This document shows positions 49,590 through 62,947 of a stretch of DNA of 64,000 nt, in pieces. Under the pieces are notes generated by a model that made no database searches, was not told the origin of the DNA, and was given only the letters and a program-made list of their open reading frames with translations. Position 1 is the first letter of the stretch, and each line of letters starts with the position of its first letter. The translations under genes and the position numbers were made by a program. The stretch comes from Felis catus (taxonomy: Eukaryota), in the NCBI RefSeq assembly GCF_018350175.1, contig NC_058373.1:113524001-113588000 (forward strand), in the 5' to 3' direction.

Positions 49590-50625
49590 CCAGTCTTCTC
49601 CACTTCAATGAATGGTAATTCCATTCCTCCAGATGCTCATCCAATTAGCCAAGAATTCCCTTCAGCTCCTATTTTTTTTTAATGTTTATTCGTTTTTGAG
49701 AGACAGAGTGCAAGCAGGGGAGGGACGGAGAGAGAGGGAGATACAGAATTTGAAGCAGGCTCCAGGCTCTGAGCTGTCAGCACAGAGCTCGATGCCGGGC
49801 TTGAACCCACGAACTGTGAGATCATGACCTGAACTGAAGTCAGACACTCAACCAACTGAGCCACCCAGGTGTCCCCAGCTCCTTTTTTGAACTACACCTT
49901 GAGTTCACTTACTTCTAATTAGCGGAGCTATTCTCCAGGTCAAGTCACCATCATCTCTTATTTGGACTACAGTATTAGCTTGTCTTGCTTTCACTGTGTA
50001 CAGCCTCTTTTCCATTGGTAGAGTGACTCTTTAAAGCAAAAAGAAGTCAGATCATGTCAGTTCTACTTCTAGGTTTCCTATTTTACTAAATATCTAAAGA
50101 AAATACCACAGACCTAAGGATCTTGTGTGATCTTGGCCCCTGTCTTATTTCCTCTGACCTTATTTCCTTTTATTCTCCCTCTTGTTTCCTGTGTTTCAAC
50201 TACATTAGCCTCCTTGTTATTCCTCAGTAACCTTAGGCATCTACTTACATATGGGTTTTTGCACTTGTTATATATAATTCTCTTTTCCTATGCACTGCTT
50301 CACTGGATATCCAATGGTTCATTTCCCTTAAACCGTTGCTCAAATTCACCTTATTAAAGAGGCTTTCCCAGGCCACTTTACATAAAATAGCACTTGCTTC
50401 CATAGGTAACAATCTGTTTCCTCATCCTGGTTCATTTTGTTTAGAGCACTTATTACCTGATGTATAATATATATTTAATTTGTTTGTCTCTCTCAGTGGA
50501 CTGTAAGTTCCATGAGGGAAGTTGTATTTTGTTTATTTGTTTTTTTGTTCACTGTCACATCCTTAGCATCTAGAATGGTGCCTGGCATATAGTAGATGCT
50601 CAATAAATACGTGTCAAATGAATGA
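49590..50625. mobile_element. L2 remnant with a nested antisense SINEC (~49672-49876)
   Basis: L2 3' end ctgtaagttccatgaggg...gtgcctggcatatagtagatgctcaataaat...aatgaatgaa. Confidence 0.78.
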
Positions 50626-52391
50626 ATCTTAAGTACATACTTGAAAGGAATACTTTCGGTAAAATAGAGGTCCACTAGATGGCATTAGTTTCAAACTTTA
50701 TGTAATAAATGTCTGGGAGCAGAAGATAGGATCTTTTCTGTTACTCTAATCAGAAAAGATCTTTGTGATGAACAGTGTCACAAGAGATCACTATGATTAG
50801 TGTGAGGCATATAGATACTACATTTGTATTTAGGTTTTGATTTATATATTTTTTAGAGAACTTTTCTAAAATTAAAAACACTTGGAGAAACTGATCGTAG
50901 AAAATTATAGCATATTGGTATGTGAATAACCATTTGGTACAGTTATTTAGCATGGTAACTGAGTAAAGTCAGTTTGTGTCCATACATTGACCATCTTCCT
51001 TCTGAGGGGCCTTAATGGAAGGAGAGAGCAGTAATGACTTCCAGAGCCTTTTAACACTCAAGCCGCCAGTTGAAATTCAGCCTAGGGTTGAAGCCAGAAA
51101 ATTATTTGTCTGTCAGCTGTTCAGTTCTCTCATTGACTGAGAGAAGTACTCAGTACTTAGGACATCCAGTTTTGGAAAACTTCTATGTTTCTGGCAGACA
51201 TTGCCATAGCTATCCTATTAAAAATCAGTGGCTTCCAAGTGTCAGAGCTTTTAGTTGACTTCTCTGACCAGCTCTGAATTCAGCAAATAGTTACCCTAAT
51301 CAAGAAGTTTACACATTTCCCCCAAACCCTTAAAATTTTCCTGTCCTGCCTTTGCCAGTGTCGTCTCATTTCTTCTCGCTTTTGTTGCTTATCTTGTTTC
51401 CTCCTTTATTCCACCCCGCCTCTCTCTTGTGCACTTCTCCTGAGTGCTCATTTGATCCATTTGTTCTTGCCCTTCACACATCTATTGGTAAAGTAATTTT
51501 TCCTCTTCCTATTCAACCCAATGATGCTTTTCTTTTCAAATTGTTCAAAATGCACTTTTAAAAAATATTTTTGACCAGTTTTCTTTTATTTCTCTGTTTT
51601 AGATTTTTCTTTTTTCATTTCTGATTATAATATATGTGAGGAACTTATTTTGTTTCTCTCTTTAAAGCTCTCAGCCTCTTCTTGGGACTCATTAACTAGA
51701 AGTGAAAACACTTGTTCTTTGTACTTTTGTGTCTTTAAATGGAGCATAAAGTATAGAGTGATTTTTGTGTTTATAGTCCTTCCTCTCAGATATCCTTGGG
51801 TGGTTAAGTACCAGACTGATAAAGTATCATTTAAAATAGGAGACAGTTACACTCAAAGATTTACACTTTTATTTTTATATTTTTAGCCAGAAACACTTGA
51901 AATTTCTAGTACTGAGCTCCACATCTCACACTATTACTGATGATATTTACATCTGTTTTGCCTTGTCACTCTCCTGCACTTGGCCTACTTCATGCATCAG
52001 ATCTAGCTTTGAGTTCAGAATTCAATAGGTAGAAAATCATGTTTTGTTTATTCAGGAAATATTGGACAACATCCATTTGTTTAGAAAATAATTTCCTGTT
52101 TACAAGGAGCTATTGGATACGATTTATTTTGTATGTATTAAGTTTTAATTGAGAAAGTATATTTTTCTGTTCTGAGACATGGAGACTAACTGATAATTGA
52201 TTGTTAGAATGATAATATTATATATTTGTTCAAGTATATTTCTTTTATTCATGATGATGAAATCATTTTTCTTATTTACTAAACATGTCTTATAGCTGTT
52301 AGTCAAGTGATCAATTATTAAAAAACAATGCTCTCACTGCTAACCTCTCTTAGTGCTCATAAAGGATGGCTTACATTAAAAAAATTGTTAA

Positions 52392-52685
52392 GGGGCGCCT
52401 GGGTGGCGCAGTCGGTTAAGCATCCGACTTCAGCCAGGTCATGATCTCGCGCTCCGGGAGTTCGAGCCCCGCGTCAGGCTCTGGGCTGATGGCTCAGAGC
52501 CTGGAGCCTGTTTCCGATTCTGTGTCTCCCTCTCTCTCTGCCCCTCCCCCGTTCATGCTCTGTCTTTCTCTGTCCCAAAAAAGATACACGTTTCCGATTC
52601 TCTGTCTCCTTCTCTCTCTGCCCCTCCCCTGTTCATGCTTTGTCTCTCTCTGTCCCAAGAGATATACGTTTCAATAAACGTTGAA
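52392..52685 (+). mobile_element. SINEC_Fc variant with an internal ~80-bp tandem duplication
   Basis: Units 52510-52589 and 52590-52667; TSD AAAAAAATTGTTAA (52378-52391 / 52686-52699). Confidence 0.92.
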
Positions 52686-52699
52686 AAAAAAATTGTTAA

Positions 52700-52907
52700 T
52701 GTTTATTTATTTTTGAGAGAGAGAGAGAGAGAGAGACAGAGTGTGAGCAGGGGAGGGGCAGAGAGAGAGGGATGCACAGAATCTGAAGCAGGCTCCTGAC
52801 TTTGAGCTGTCAGCACAGAGCCCGATGCAGGGCTTGAACCCACGGACCGTGAGATCATGACCTGAGCCAAAGCCGGATGTTTAACTGACTGAGCCACCCA
52901 GGCGCCC
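52700..52907 (-). mobile_element. Older antisense SINEC whose tail hosts the preceding element
   Basis: Outer repeat GGATGGCTTACATT (52364-52377 / 52911-52924). Confidence 0.9.
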
Positions 52908-53085
52908 TGGGGATGGCTTACATTTTAAAATTCTATATTAAAGCATTTTGCTTATACCTCCTCTATTTTTGTTCTAGTGTTACTTGTGGCTTATGAATTT
53001 CCTAAGTAAAATTCATTAGATGTTCAGCACTGTGGCCTTGAATGTCATTAACTATTTTCACTTGCGCTATTTTTCCTCCCCACAG

Positions 53086-53205
53086 ACTGGTTGAGATAGC
53101 AGAATCTCGTTTTCCCAGATATTTTAACACTGAAGAAAAATTACTTTTGACAAGCAGTAAGGTTCATCTTTATCGGGAACTCAGCTGCGATGAAGTTCTA
53201 CAAAG
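53086..53205 (+). CDS. RAD51B: RAD51B exon 6 (120 nt), LVEIAESRFPRYFNTEEKLLLTSSKVHLYRELSCDEVLQ
   Basis: Acceptor cccacag|A and donor AAG|gtttgc; phase 2/2. Confidence 0.95.
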
Positions 53206-53429
53206 GTTTGCTGCTTTAGATTTTGGTAGTTTAGTAATACTTTGAAGATATATTTCTTGTTTTTTATGCTTTCAGCTTCTGAGTGAAAAAAGTCTCTACA
53301 TATGTATTAGGGTTATGGGAAATAAATTATTTCAGTGTTCTTTATTTGCTACAGCCTATTGAATGAAATGTTTCTTTAAAAAGAAAACATTAAATGAGTG
53401 AAATGTTTTAGATTTAGTTAATTAAGTAG

Positions 53430-53985
53430 TATATTGATTACTTTTGTTTCATTGAAAGGTTACCCCCAAATTCAGCAACTTAGAAGAGCAAACGTGTCTT
53501 GTCTCACCTAGTATCAGAGGGTTAGGTATCTGGGAGTGGCTTAGCTGAGCGTTTCTGGCTCAGGGTTGCACCAGAGGTTGTAGTCAAGCTGTTGGCCAGC
53601 GCTATGGTTATCTCAGGGCTCAGTTGGAGTTGGAGAATCTTAGATAATTCCAAGGTTACTCATATAGTTTCTGGAAGGCCTCCCTTCCTTGCTGGGCTGT
53701 TGGCCATAGACCTCTGTTCCTCACCAGGTGGGTCTCTCCATAGGACTGTTAACAACATGGCAACTTGCTTCCCCCAGAGAAAGTGATTTGAGAGAGTGGC
53801 AAGTGAAAGAGAGCCCAAAATGGCAGCTGTAGTCTTTTATAACCTACTCTCAGAAGTGACGTGCCATCATTATGTCATATGCTATTGGTCTTACAGACCA
53901 ATCCTGGTAAATATGGGAGGGGTCTGCACAAGGCTGTCATTACAAGGTGGGAATAAATGGGGGCCATTTTGGAGATTTGCTGTGA
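53430..53985. mobile_element. MaLR (MLT1-type) LTR in RAD51B intron 6
   Basis: ttacccccaaattcagcaacttag...tctgggagtggcttagctg...ttttataacctactctcagaagtgac. Confidence 0.72.
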
Positions 53986-54259
53986 CAAGCAGTTTTACCC
54001 TAAAATTAGCAGTATCATAGGAGAACCAGAGAATTAAACTAGATGAAAACATTTTGGTCCATTTTCAAAAGAGTGCAATATGTATAGAAGAGCTGGAAAT
54101 AAGTTATGAAGTTATGATCATTGAATACTTGTAATCATTACTGTAAATGAGGGAGGAAAAATTTGTTGTCATTGTTTTTAAGTTGGTTAATCTTTGAAAT
54201 ACCCTATTTTATATTATATTTTAAATTTATCCACTGTTTTACAAATTCTACTTTTACAG

Positions 54260-54443
54260 AATTGAATCTTTGGAAGAAGAAATTATTTCAAAGAGAGTTA
54301 AACTTGTAATTATTGACTCTGTTGCTTCCGTGGTAAGAAAGGAGTTTGATGCACAACTTCAGGGCAACATGAGAGAAAGAAATAAGTTCTTGGCCAGAGA
54401 AGCTGCCACCTTGAAGTATTTGGCTGAGGAATTTTCAATCCCG
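54260..54443 (+). CDS. RAD51B: RAD51B exon 7 (184 nt), IESLEEEIISKRVKLVIIDSVASVVRKEFDAQLQGNMRERNKFLAREAATLKYLAEEFSIP; Walker B
   Basis: Acceptor ttttacag|A and donor CCG|gtaagt; LVIID Walker B. Confidence 0.96.
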
Positions 54444-56829
54444 GTAAGTTTTTTCTTTCTCTCTTTTTTTCTTTCCCTTTTTTTTCTTTTATGTTAAATT
54501 TGCTGGCTTACAATATCAAGTAATATAATTAGAAGAAAATATAGAACAGATGACATGTTAATAGTACTAATTACTATAGTAAATATCAGCATCTTCTTAA
54601 ATTTGTTCATCTGTTGAGATTACTTTATCTTTTTCACAGTTGGAGTCTGGGGCAGATTTGAATGTTGTTTGTAAAAGTTCCCAAGGTCAATCCTTTTCTT
54701 ACACCTCATTGTTGACTCTCTGTGTATGTTTTGTATTACTTTGTCACACTGAGGTAAATATTAACTATTAGAATTACATGGAATTGCCTATGTTTATTTC
54801 TATAGTTTCTTTTATGGCATATTTGTCAGCTTTAGAAATATTTTAGTTTGAGATATTATGTTATTGTGTTCAGTGCTGTCTTGTACACTGTAGGATTTGG
54901 TTGGTTCCAAATTACCAGAGGTTGACTATGACGTTTTGGAGTGTTGGGAGTGATAGTAATGAAAGTGTCAGTAAGGAAACCTTGAGAGATGGCTGTTGAC
55001 ACCACTTTCCACAGTGGGAATTGTGATGAGGAAATCCGAAAATGTGGGCATTTTGCAAGGGTTTGTGGTTGGTAAGCCACCAGATGTAAGTGTGTACCGA
55101 TGGCTTTCCCATTAGCAGCCCATGGGAGAGTTCTGCTTGTTCCGCAGCCCCACCAGCATTTAGTATTGTCAGGCTTTTCAGTTTTAGCCAGACATCATCT
55201 TGACAGAAAATAAGAAAATTCCTTAAACTGATATAAAATTTGGTTATGATATTATAATTTTTAGATTTGTGTTTGGAAAATTAAAAGCTTGGATCTATCT
55301 TTGTAATATGTACTAAGACTGTAAACTACCACGCAGCCTTGGAGATTTATAAACCCAGGCAAGAAATCAAAGGAGAACATGTGGCATACAAAAAGGTCTA
55401 CATTTCTTAACGGCTTTCTAATTCATATTTTGGATTATATGATGTCATTCCTGGTAAAGTCCAGAGCTGTAAAGTTTATCCTGGATGACACTCATCTTTT
55501 AAATTTTATTGTAGTAGGTTAAAATGATAAATTCAAATCCATGTTTTCCCTGGCCAAGGGAATTTAAAAATATTTTGTAAAGTTACTTGATTGAATGGAA
55601 AAGTTAAGTATATGTACTTATTTTATTAATTCATGCTGGTTGCTTGACTTAATCTTATGTAAAATATGAAAATTTACTTTTTAAAAGTTGTATTTGTTTG
55701 CTTTTAAATAGTAATTGTAGGTTAATGTTTTTCAATTCTTTTCTGAGGAAATTTATTTTCCTGAGTGAGAAAAGGGCTCTACTTTTTTTTGTTTTTAATA
55801 GCACCCTCTGAAAGAATAAGTACTTATTCCCATGTCTCTCTGTCTTTGCCTTTGTTTTTCTCTATAGAGATAAATATATAAATAGGGTATGTACTTCTGT
55901 AAAACAGGATGGTATTGGTTTTTGTGATGAGTTAGTATTGGTTTTAGAAGGACTTTGAAAAATATTTCCTTTAGGAAGTGTCAGGATTTTCCTAGCCTTA
56001 TTTCCTCATTTAAATGAAAAATCATGAACTTTTAAGTTTTTGTACTGTACTTTGAATAGGTGGCTCTACACAGAACTAACTAGCTTAAAACAATATGTTG
56101 CTAATTTATTATCCCTTTCAAAATTGCAGACGGTATGCCTCATTATAGTTCCTCAAACATTCCAGCAAACACTCCCTTCTCAAGAAGTGTTTGTTATTCC
56201 TCAGTCTGAAATATTTCTCCTCTAAATATCTGTATGATTTCTTCTGTCCTGTCATCTTATTAATGAGGACTTTCCTGACCATGTAAGTATTAACCACACT
56301 CCCTGCCTCCCCATTTCCTTTATTATGCTTTATGTTTCTTCATTATAATTTTCACCATCCAGGATGTTATATATTTATGTTGACTGTGTGTGTCTCCTCC
56401 ACCCCACAGAATGGTCCTAGGAACCGTCTACTTTGTTCAGTGCTTTATTCTTAGGAGTAGGAACAATGCCTAACACACAGTAGGCACTCAGTAAATATTT
56501 TTGAATGGATGAATTGCAGATATTGCTTTTCTCTTTGGACTTGAATTTTATGTATATTGGTACTCCACTTAAATTTTAATATTTGCTTTTAACCTTATTT
56601 GGATCCTATATTTAATATTGTTTGTTACTTCTAAGAGTCTTAAGATATAATATTAGCAGAATGTCTTATCAGATAGGAGCTATACTTAGTTATACTGGCA
56701 TCTTACAGGAAGAAAAAGAATTCTTAAAATTCTTAATCTTGGAAGTAGAAGAGATTTTATTTCAGTTTAGTAGAACTATGAATGTCTGATGGCCTCCGAG
56801 GAGTGGGTAGAATAGACAAAATATTAGCC

Positions 56830-58860
56830 AATTAAATCCAGGACAGAAGACCTGAATAGCATAACCAACTTGATCTGATTGACATTTACAAAACATTCCG
56901 CTCACTGCCTGCAGAAAATGCATTTCTTTCAAGTTCACATGAGATATTCACCAAGATAAACTATATTCTGGGCCGTAAAATACAACTCAACAGATTTAAA
57001 AGACTGAAATGGTACGAGGTATGTTTTTGACCCACAAGAAGAATTAAATTAGAAATCGCTAATACAGGGATGCCTGGGTGGCTACATCAGTTGAATGTCC
57101 ATCTCTTGGTTTCAACTCAGGTCATGATCTCACAGTTCATGAGATTGAGCATCAAGTTGGGCTTTGCACTGATAGTGCAGAGCCTGCTTGGGATTCTCTC
57201 TCCCTCTCTCTCCACACCTCCCCCAAATAAATAAATAAACATTAAAAAAAAAAGAAAGAAATCGCTAATATAAACATATCTGGAAAGTCCCCAAATATTT
57301 GGTAATTAAGTAAAACACTTCTAAATAACCCATGTGTAAAGAGCAAATCATGAAAACTTAGAACATGTTTTGAAGTAAATCAAAAGGAAAATACAACATA
57401 CCAAATTTGTGAAATACAGTTAAATCAGTACCTATAGGGAAATTTATCCTAGAAAGAAGATTACAAATCAATGATCTAAGCTTCTAAGAAATAGAAAAGG
57501 AACAAATTAAATTCAAAATAAGTAGTAGGAAGGAAATAATAAAGATAAGGGTAGAAATCAATGAAACTGAAAACAGAAAAACAATAGAGAAAAAAATCAA
57601 TGAAATAGAAAGCTAGTACCTTGAAAAGATCAATAAAATTGATAAAGCTTTACTGAAACTAAAAGAGAAAGAAACAAATTAGTAGTATCAGGAATGAAAG
57701 AGGTAAATCATTATAGATCCTATAGGTATTAAATGATAATAAGAGAATGTTATGAGTAGCTTTATTCCACTAAGTTTGATAACTGAGATGAAATGGACAA
57801 ATGCTTTGAAAGATGCAACCTTTGAGGAAGAAATAATGAAAATAATCCTATATCTGTTTAAAAAATTGAATTTGTAGTTAAATATCTCGCAGAGAAAAGT
57901 CTAGGTACAAATGGTGTTACTGGTAATATCTACCAAACATTTAAGGGAGAAATGTCAATTCTACAAATCTTCCAGAAAGTGTACAAGAAAACTATACACC
58001 AGTGTCCATTATAAACATAAACACACAAATCCTTAACAAAATATTAACAGATTAAATTCAGTAATAAATAAGAAGGGACCAAGTGGAGCTTATTTCAGTA
58101 ATACAAGGTAGATTTTAAATGCAACATTAAAATATAAAACTGATCACATCAGTGTATTGAAAAAAGATCATCTCAGTAGATGCAGGAAAGAAAAATAGTC
58201 AACAAAACTCATCAGAACTATTCATGATAAAAATTCTCAGCAAAGCAGGAGTTGAAGGGAACTTTCCCAACTTGATAAAGGGTATCTACAAAAACCTTAA
58301 GCTAACATCATACTTAACTTACACTTAATGGTAAAGTACAATCTTCCTAAGACTGGGAGCAAGGATAAGAAAGCCCACTCTTTTTTTTTTAAATCCCAAA
58401 TCTGTTGATTGGATTGTTTCCCACTCATGTTGGTTCAGGTTGCTTTTAGTGCTGCTTCTGTCTGAAGGATCATCCTTCTGTTAAGTCTTGCTTTTCCTTC
58501 TGTTGGCTGGCATAGGACAGTGGAGCACCTCCCACACAAAACCACCCTTTGTGCATGGCTAAAGGCGGTGGTGATTTTGTAGTACCCTGGGCACTTCACA
58601 CCCATGAGGTAGGAATTGGTGCTCTGCACCAGGTGTTTCTTCTTGTGCTTCCTCTTCTCTTCCAGGGATGGGTATAGGAGGTCCTTTGCCAAGGGCCATG
58701 TTCTTGTGGGCAGGTCATCACGGTCAGAAAGGAAGATAGCCCACTCGTACCATTTCTGATCAGCAATGTACTGTAGATCCTAGCCACTATAATATGGCAA
58801 GAAAAAGAATTTAAGTGCATTCAGATTAGAAATGAAGAAATAAGACTGCCTTCATTCATA

Positions 58861-58900
<40 letters not shown>

Positions 58901-61040
58901 TTAATGTTTATTTAATTTTGAGAGAGAGAGACAGAGCAGGAATTGGGGAGGGGCAGAGAGAGAGGGAAACACAGAATCTGAAGGAGGCTTCAGGCTCCAG
59001 GCTCTCAGCACAGAGCTTGATGCGGAGCTCAAACCCATGAACTGCAAGATCATGACCTGAGCTGAAGTCGGACGCTTAACTGACTGAGACACCCAGGTGC
59101 ACCTTAGATGATATATTTTTAATAGAAAACCCAAAGATTTAACACAAAAACCAAAAGCTACTAGATATGAACAATTGGAAATTGAAATTGACTTTTATAA
59201 GAGCACCAAGAACATGAAATACTTACTGGTAAATACAACAAAATATATGTAATATTTTTATGTTGAAAACTACAGAATATTGATGAGACAAATCAAAGAA
59301 GATCCGGATAAATGGAAACATATCATGCTTATGGACTGAAGACTCAATACTGTCAAGATGTCATTTCATTTCAAATGGATCTATGTATTTAACACACAAT
59401 CCTAATCAAAATCCTAGTAGGCTTTTTGGTAGAAATCAAGAAGGCGACTGTGAAATTTATGTGGAAAAGCAGAAGACTGAGAATAGGCAGTACAATTTAT
59501 AAAAAAGAGAGTACAGAGGACTTCCACTCTCTGATTTCAAGACTTACTATAAAGCCACAGTAATTAAGACAGCATTGTATTGATGATAGGGTAGATTCCC
59601 GGATCAGTGGAACAGAATAGAGTCCAGAAAATAGATTGATGGTCAGTTAATTTTGAACAAAGAAGTTATGGTAATTCAATAGAAAAGGGGTAGTTTTTCA
59701 ACAAATGGTGCTAGAACAATTGGATATCTGTAAAAAACAAGCAACCCTTGACCAATTCCTTGTACCATTACACAAACCTAATTCCAAATGGATCACCCAC
59801 TGTAACATAAAATCTAAAACTATAAAACTTCTAGAAGAAAACACAGGAGAAAGTCTTTGTCATTTTGAACGAGGCAAAGATTTCTTAGATGATGCAAAAA
59901 ACATGAGCCATAAAAAGCATTAATACTTCTACTCTTTGAAGACACTTTTAAGAAAATGAAGAGACAAGCCACAGTCTGGCAGATAATGAATGCTTGTATG
60001 ACTTACATGTTAAAGGACTGGTAACTAGAGATAGAAATATGAAAACTCACTGTCAGTGTAATTTTTTAAATGGGCAAAAGATGTGAATAAACACTTTAAT
60101 GAAGATCTACAAATGGCAAATAAGCACATGAAAAGATGCTCATGAAAAGATGCCCTGACTATACCAAATACGGATCAAAGTGTGGAGCAGCTGGAACTCT
60201 CATCCATGCTGATGGAAATGCTAAATGGTGTAGCCACCCTGGAAAACACTTTTGGCAATTTTTTGTAAAGTTAAACATTTTAACTATGTGACTCAGCAAC
60301 CTTTCTCCTAGGTATTTTTTTATATGCAAAGAAATTATATATATCCCTGCAAAAATCTGTATGAAAATATTTTTAGTAGTTTTATTCACAGTCACCAAAC
60401 ACCACAAATGACATGAATGTATATCAGCTGGTGAATGGATAAAGAAATTCATACTCAAATAATGGAACATTCATATAACAGAATACCACTCAACAATAAA
60501 AAGGAATGAACTACTGATATAAACAACATTGATGAGTCTCAAAAACACTGTGTTAAATGAAAGAAGCCAGACTCAAGTGGCTACATTTTATATGATTTGT
60601 TTTGTGATATTCTGCCAAGGGCAGAACTATGAAAGTGAGAATCAGGTCAGTGGTTTCAGGGGCCCAGGGCGGGAAAGTGAGGAGATTGATTACAAATGGA
60701 TATGAGGAGGGACGCCTGGGTGGCTCAGTCTGTTGAGCCTCTGACTTCAGCTCAGGTTGTGATCTTGTGGTTTGAGAGTTTGAGCCCTTCGTCAGGCTTT
60801 GTGCTGACAGTTTAGAGCCTGGACCCGGCTTCAGATTCTGTGTCCCCCTCTCTCTTTGCCCCTCCCAAACTTGTGCTTTGTCTCTCCGTCACTCAAAAAG
60901 TAAACATTAAAATAAACAAACGGATATGAGGAAATTTGTTGGCATGATGGGAATGGTCAATATCTTGATTGTAGTGTGGCTACATGAGTGTGTGAGTTTG
61001 TCAAAACTCAGAACTGTATCCCAAACAGAGTGTGTTTTTA
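56830..61040 (+). mobile_element. Old ~4 kb L1M (degenerate ORF2 plus 3'UTR) with the nested RPS27 pseudogene, (TG)n at ~58864-58898 and SINECs (~57067-57255 +, ~58900-59102 -, ~60708-60915 +)
   Basis: Endonuclease-region aagacctgaatagc...ttgacatttacaaaac; RT-region tcatctcagtagatgcag; C-terminal aactctcatccatgctgatggaaatg. Confidence 0.88.
58381..58732 (-). pseudogene. RPS27: RPS27 (eS27) processed pseudogene, full length
   Basis: Intronless; translates as [69 protein letters not shown]. Starts with TOP-like CCTTTC, ends in an A10 tail, 14-bp TSD (58367-58380 / 58733-58746). Frameshifts near the ATG (58699) and near the C-terminus. Confidence 0.93.
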
Positions 61041-61659
61041 ATTATACATTAATTTTTCCTTAAGAAACAACAACAAAAAACAAGTGAAACACTTATGCTA
61101 GAGGATCTTTTATGATTCTTTCTTTTCTAGTCTTAACTTTCTGTTACCTCAAGGAAAAGAGAATTACCAAGTATGTTTAATCAGTAAACTTTATTTTAGC
61201 AGTTCAAGCTTTGGCCTAACAGTCTTTTTTTAAAAAATTGCTATTGTCTTCAGAATTTGTCAATGTCAAATTCCTAAAGTTTTATTTCATGTTGCATTAT
61301 AGTAGCCTCAAAATCAGTTTTGTAGTTTTTATCCAGTTGAGTTATAAAGGCAAGTTGCTTAAGACTTAAAGGTAAGAAACATAACCTAACTGATCCTTAG
61401 CCTCTTGCTAATTCCTCTTTCTGAAATGTGTTTCCTTTTTGATTTTCAACTAATTTTTTTTGTCTATAGAATTAATTTTATTTGGATAGTTTATGAACAC
61501 TACCAGCATGTTAATGACCGCTGAAAATGTGAATGAACATAAATATTAATATAAATAATAATGAAAATGTGGAGGCAAATTTTTAAAAAGCTGAAATGTC
61601 TCAGTTTGGGTTCAGAAAGTTTTAACCTCAAAAGTTAATTCAGTAACTTGTATTTTAAC

Positions 61660-61931
61660 ATTTTTTAAAGGTTTATTTATTTATTAAAAAAATTTTTTTT
61701 TAATGTTTATTTCTGAGAGAGAGAGAGAGAGAGAGAGAGCGCAAGCATGAGTGGGGGAGGGGCAGAGAGAGAGAGGGAGACACAGAATCCGAAGCAGGCT
61801 CCAGGTTCTGAGCTGTCAGCATAGAGCCTGATGCAGGGCTTGAACCCATGAACTGTAAGATCATGACCTGAGCCGAAGTCGGATGCTTGACTGACTGAAC
61901 TACCCAGGCACCCCAAAGTTTATTTATTTTT

Positions 61932-61976
<45 letters not shown>

Positions 61977-62143
61977 TGTGAGCAAGGGAGGGGCAGAGAG
62001 AGAGGGAGACGCAGAATCTGAAGCAGGCTCCAGGCTCTGAGCTGTCAGCCCAGAGCCCAACGCAGGGCTTGACCTCAAGAACCTTGAGATCATGACCTGA
62101 GCTGAAGTTGGACACTTAACTGACTGAGCCACCCAGGCACCCC
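61660..62143 (-). mobile_element. Nested/tandem antisense SINECs
   Basis: Two reverse-complement heads ending at 61914 and 62143; outer repeat CAGTAACTTGTATTTTAA on both flanks. Confidence 0.9.
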
Positions 62144-62947
62144 AGTAACTTGTATTTTAAATTCATGCCTTCTTTCTGGAGATGAGTTGTTTATTTAGAA
62201 GCATGTGAGAAGAAATATCCTCCTTCAAGTTTGAAGAAAAACTGATCTCTCAAGGCCTTATTTTGTTCTTTTTTCATTAGTGTTGTATAACAAGATGTTA
62301 TGATCTCAGTCAAGATTTAGATCTAGGTATTTTATTTTATTAGTTTTGTGGAGAGTCACAAAAAGAAGCTCTTTGGAGTAGTTTATATAGGGAATACTCT
62401 TCACTAACTTTTTTTCATGGAGTGAAGAAGGAGTAGTATGTAGCACATAAAATTATACATTTTAGGGACTTTTAGGGCCCCCAAAGATGTTACAGTTCTG
62501 AGATTTGGTGGCCATGAGTGACTTGAATCCTCTTTCAAAGTTTTGAGATTTTCAGGTAGTAACTCAGGAGGAGAATATCCAGAGCATGTGTAAGCTGCAG
62601 GAGACAAAGGCAGGGCCATTTCTCCCTCTGACATTTTGTTATACTAACATCTTTTTTAAAGCTTTTGTGATTGATCACACTAGGGACTTCTATAGCTTTC
62701 TCTTTTATGACATTTGTGAAATATCTGATTGATTTTCACCATATTTGACACACATTATTTTTCACCATGATAAAGTATATCATTATATTTTAAGCTTTAG
62801 TTCATGTTCCTGTCTTAAAACCAAATGGTAGCAGATACAAGTTTTCAATTGACACATGGTCTATTTTTACTACTTAATTGAAATGTTTCCATAATTATTT
62901 AATTTCTTGGGACTTCATGGACATGATTCCTCTAAAAGTTTAGGTAA

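Noticed and set aside
55022..55140. Box C-like TGTGATGA in intron 7
   Set aside because: No suitably spaced box D (CTGA) or terminal stem, so no snoRNA call
3281..62132. Many similar short ORFs (MAQSV..., RERERE..., LSLSLS...)
   Set aside because: Translations of SINEC copies, not a gene family
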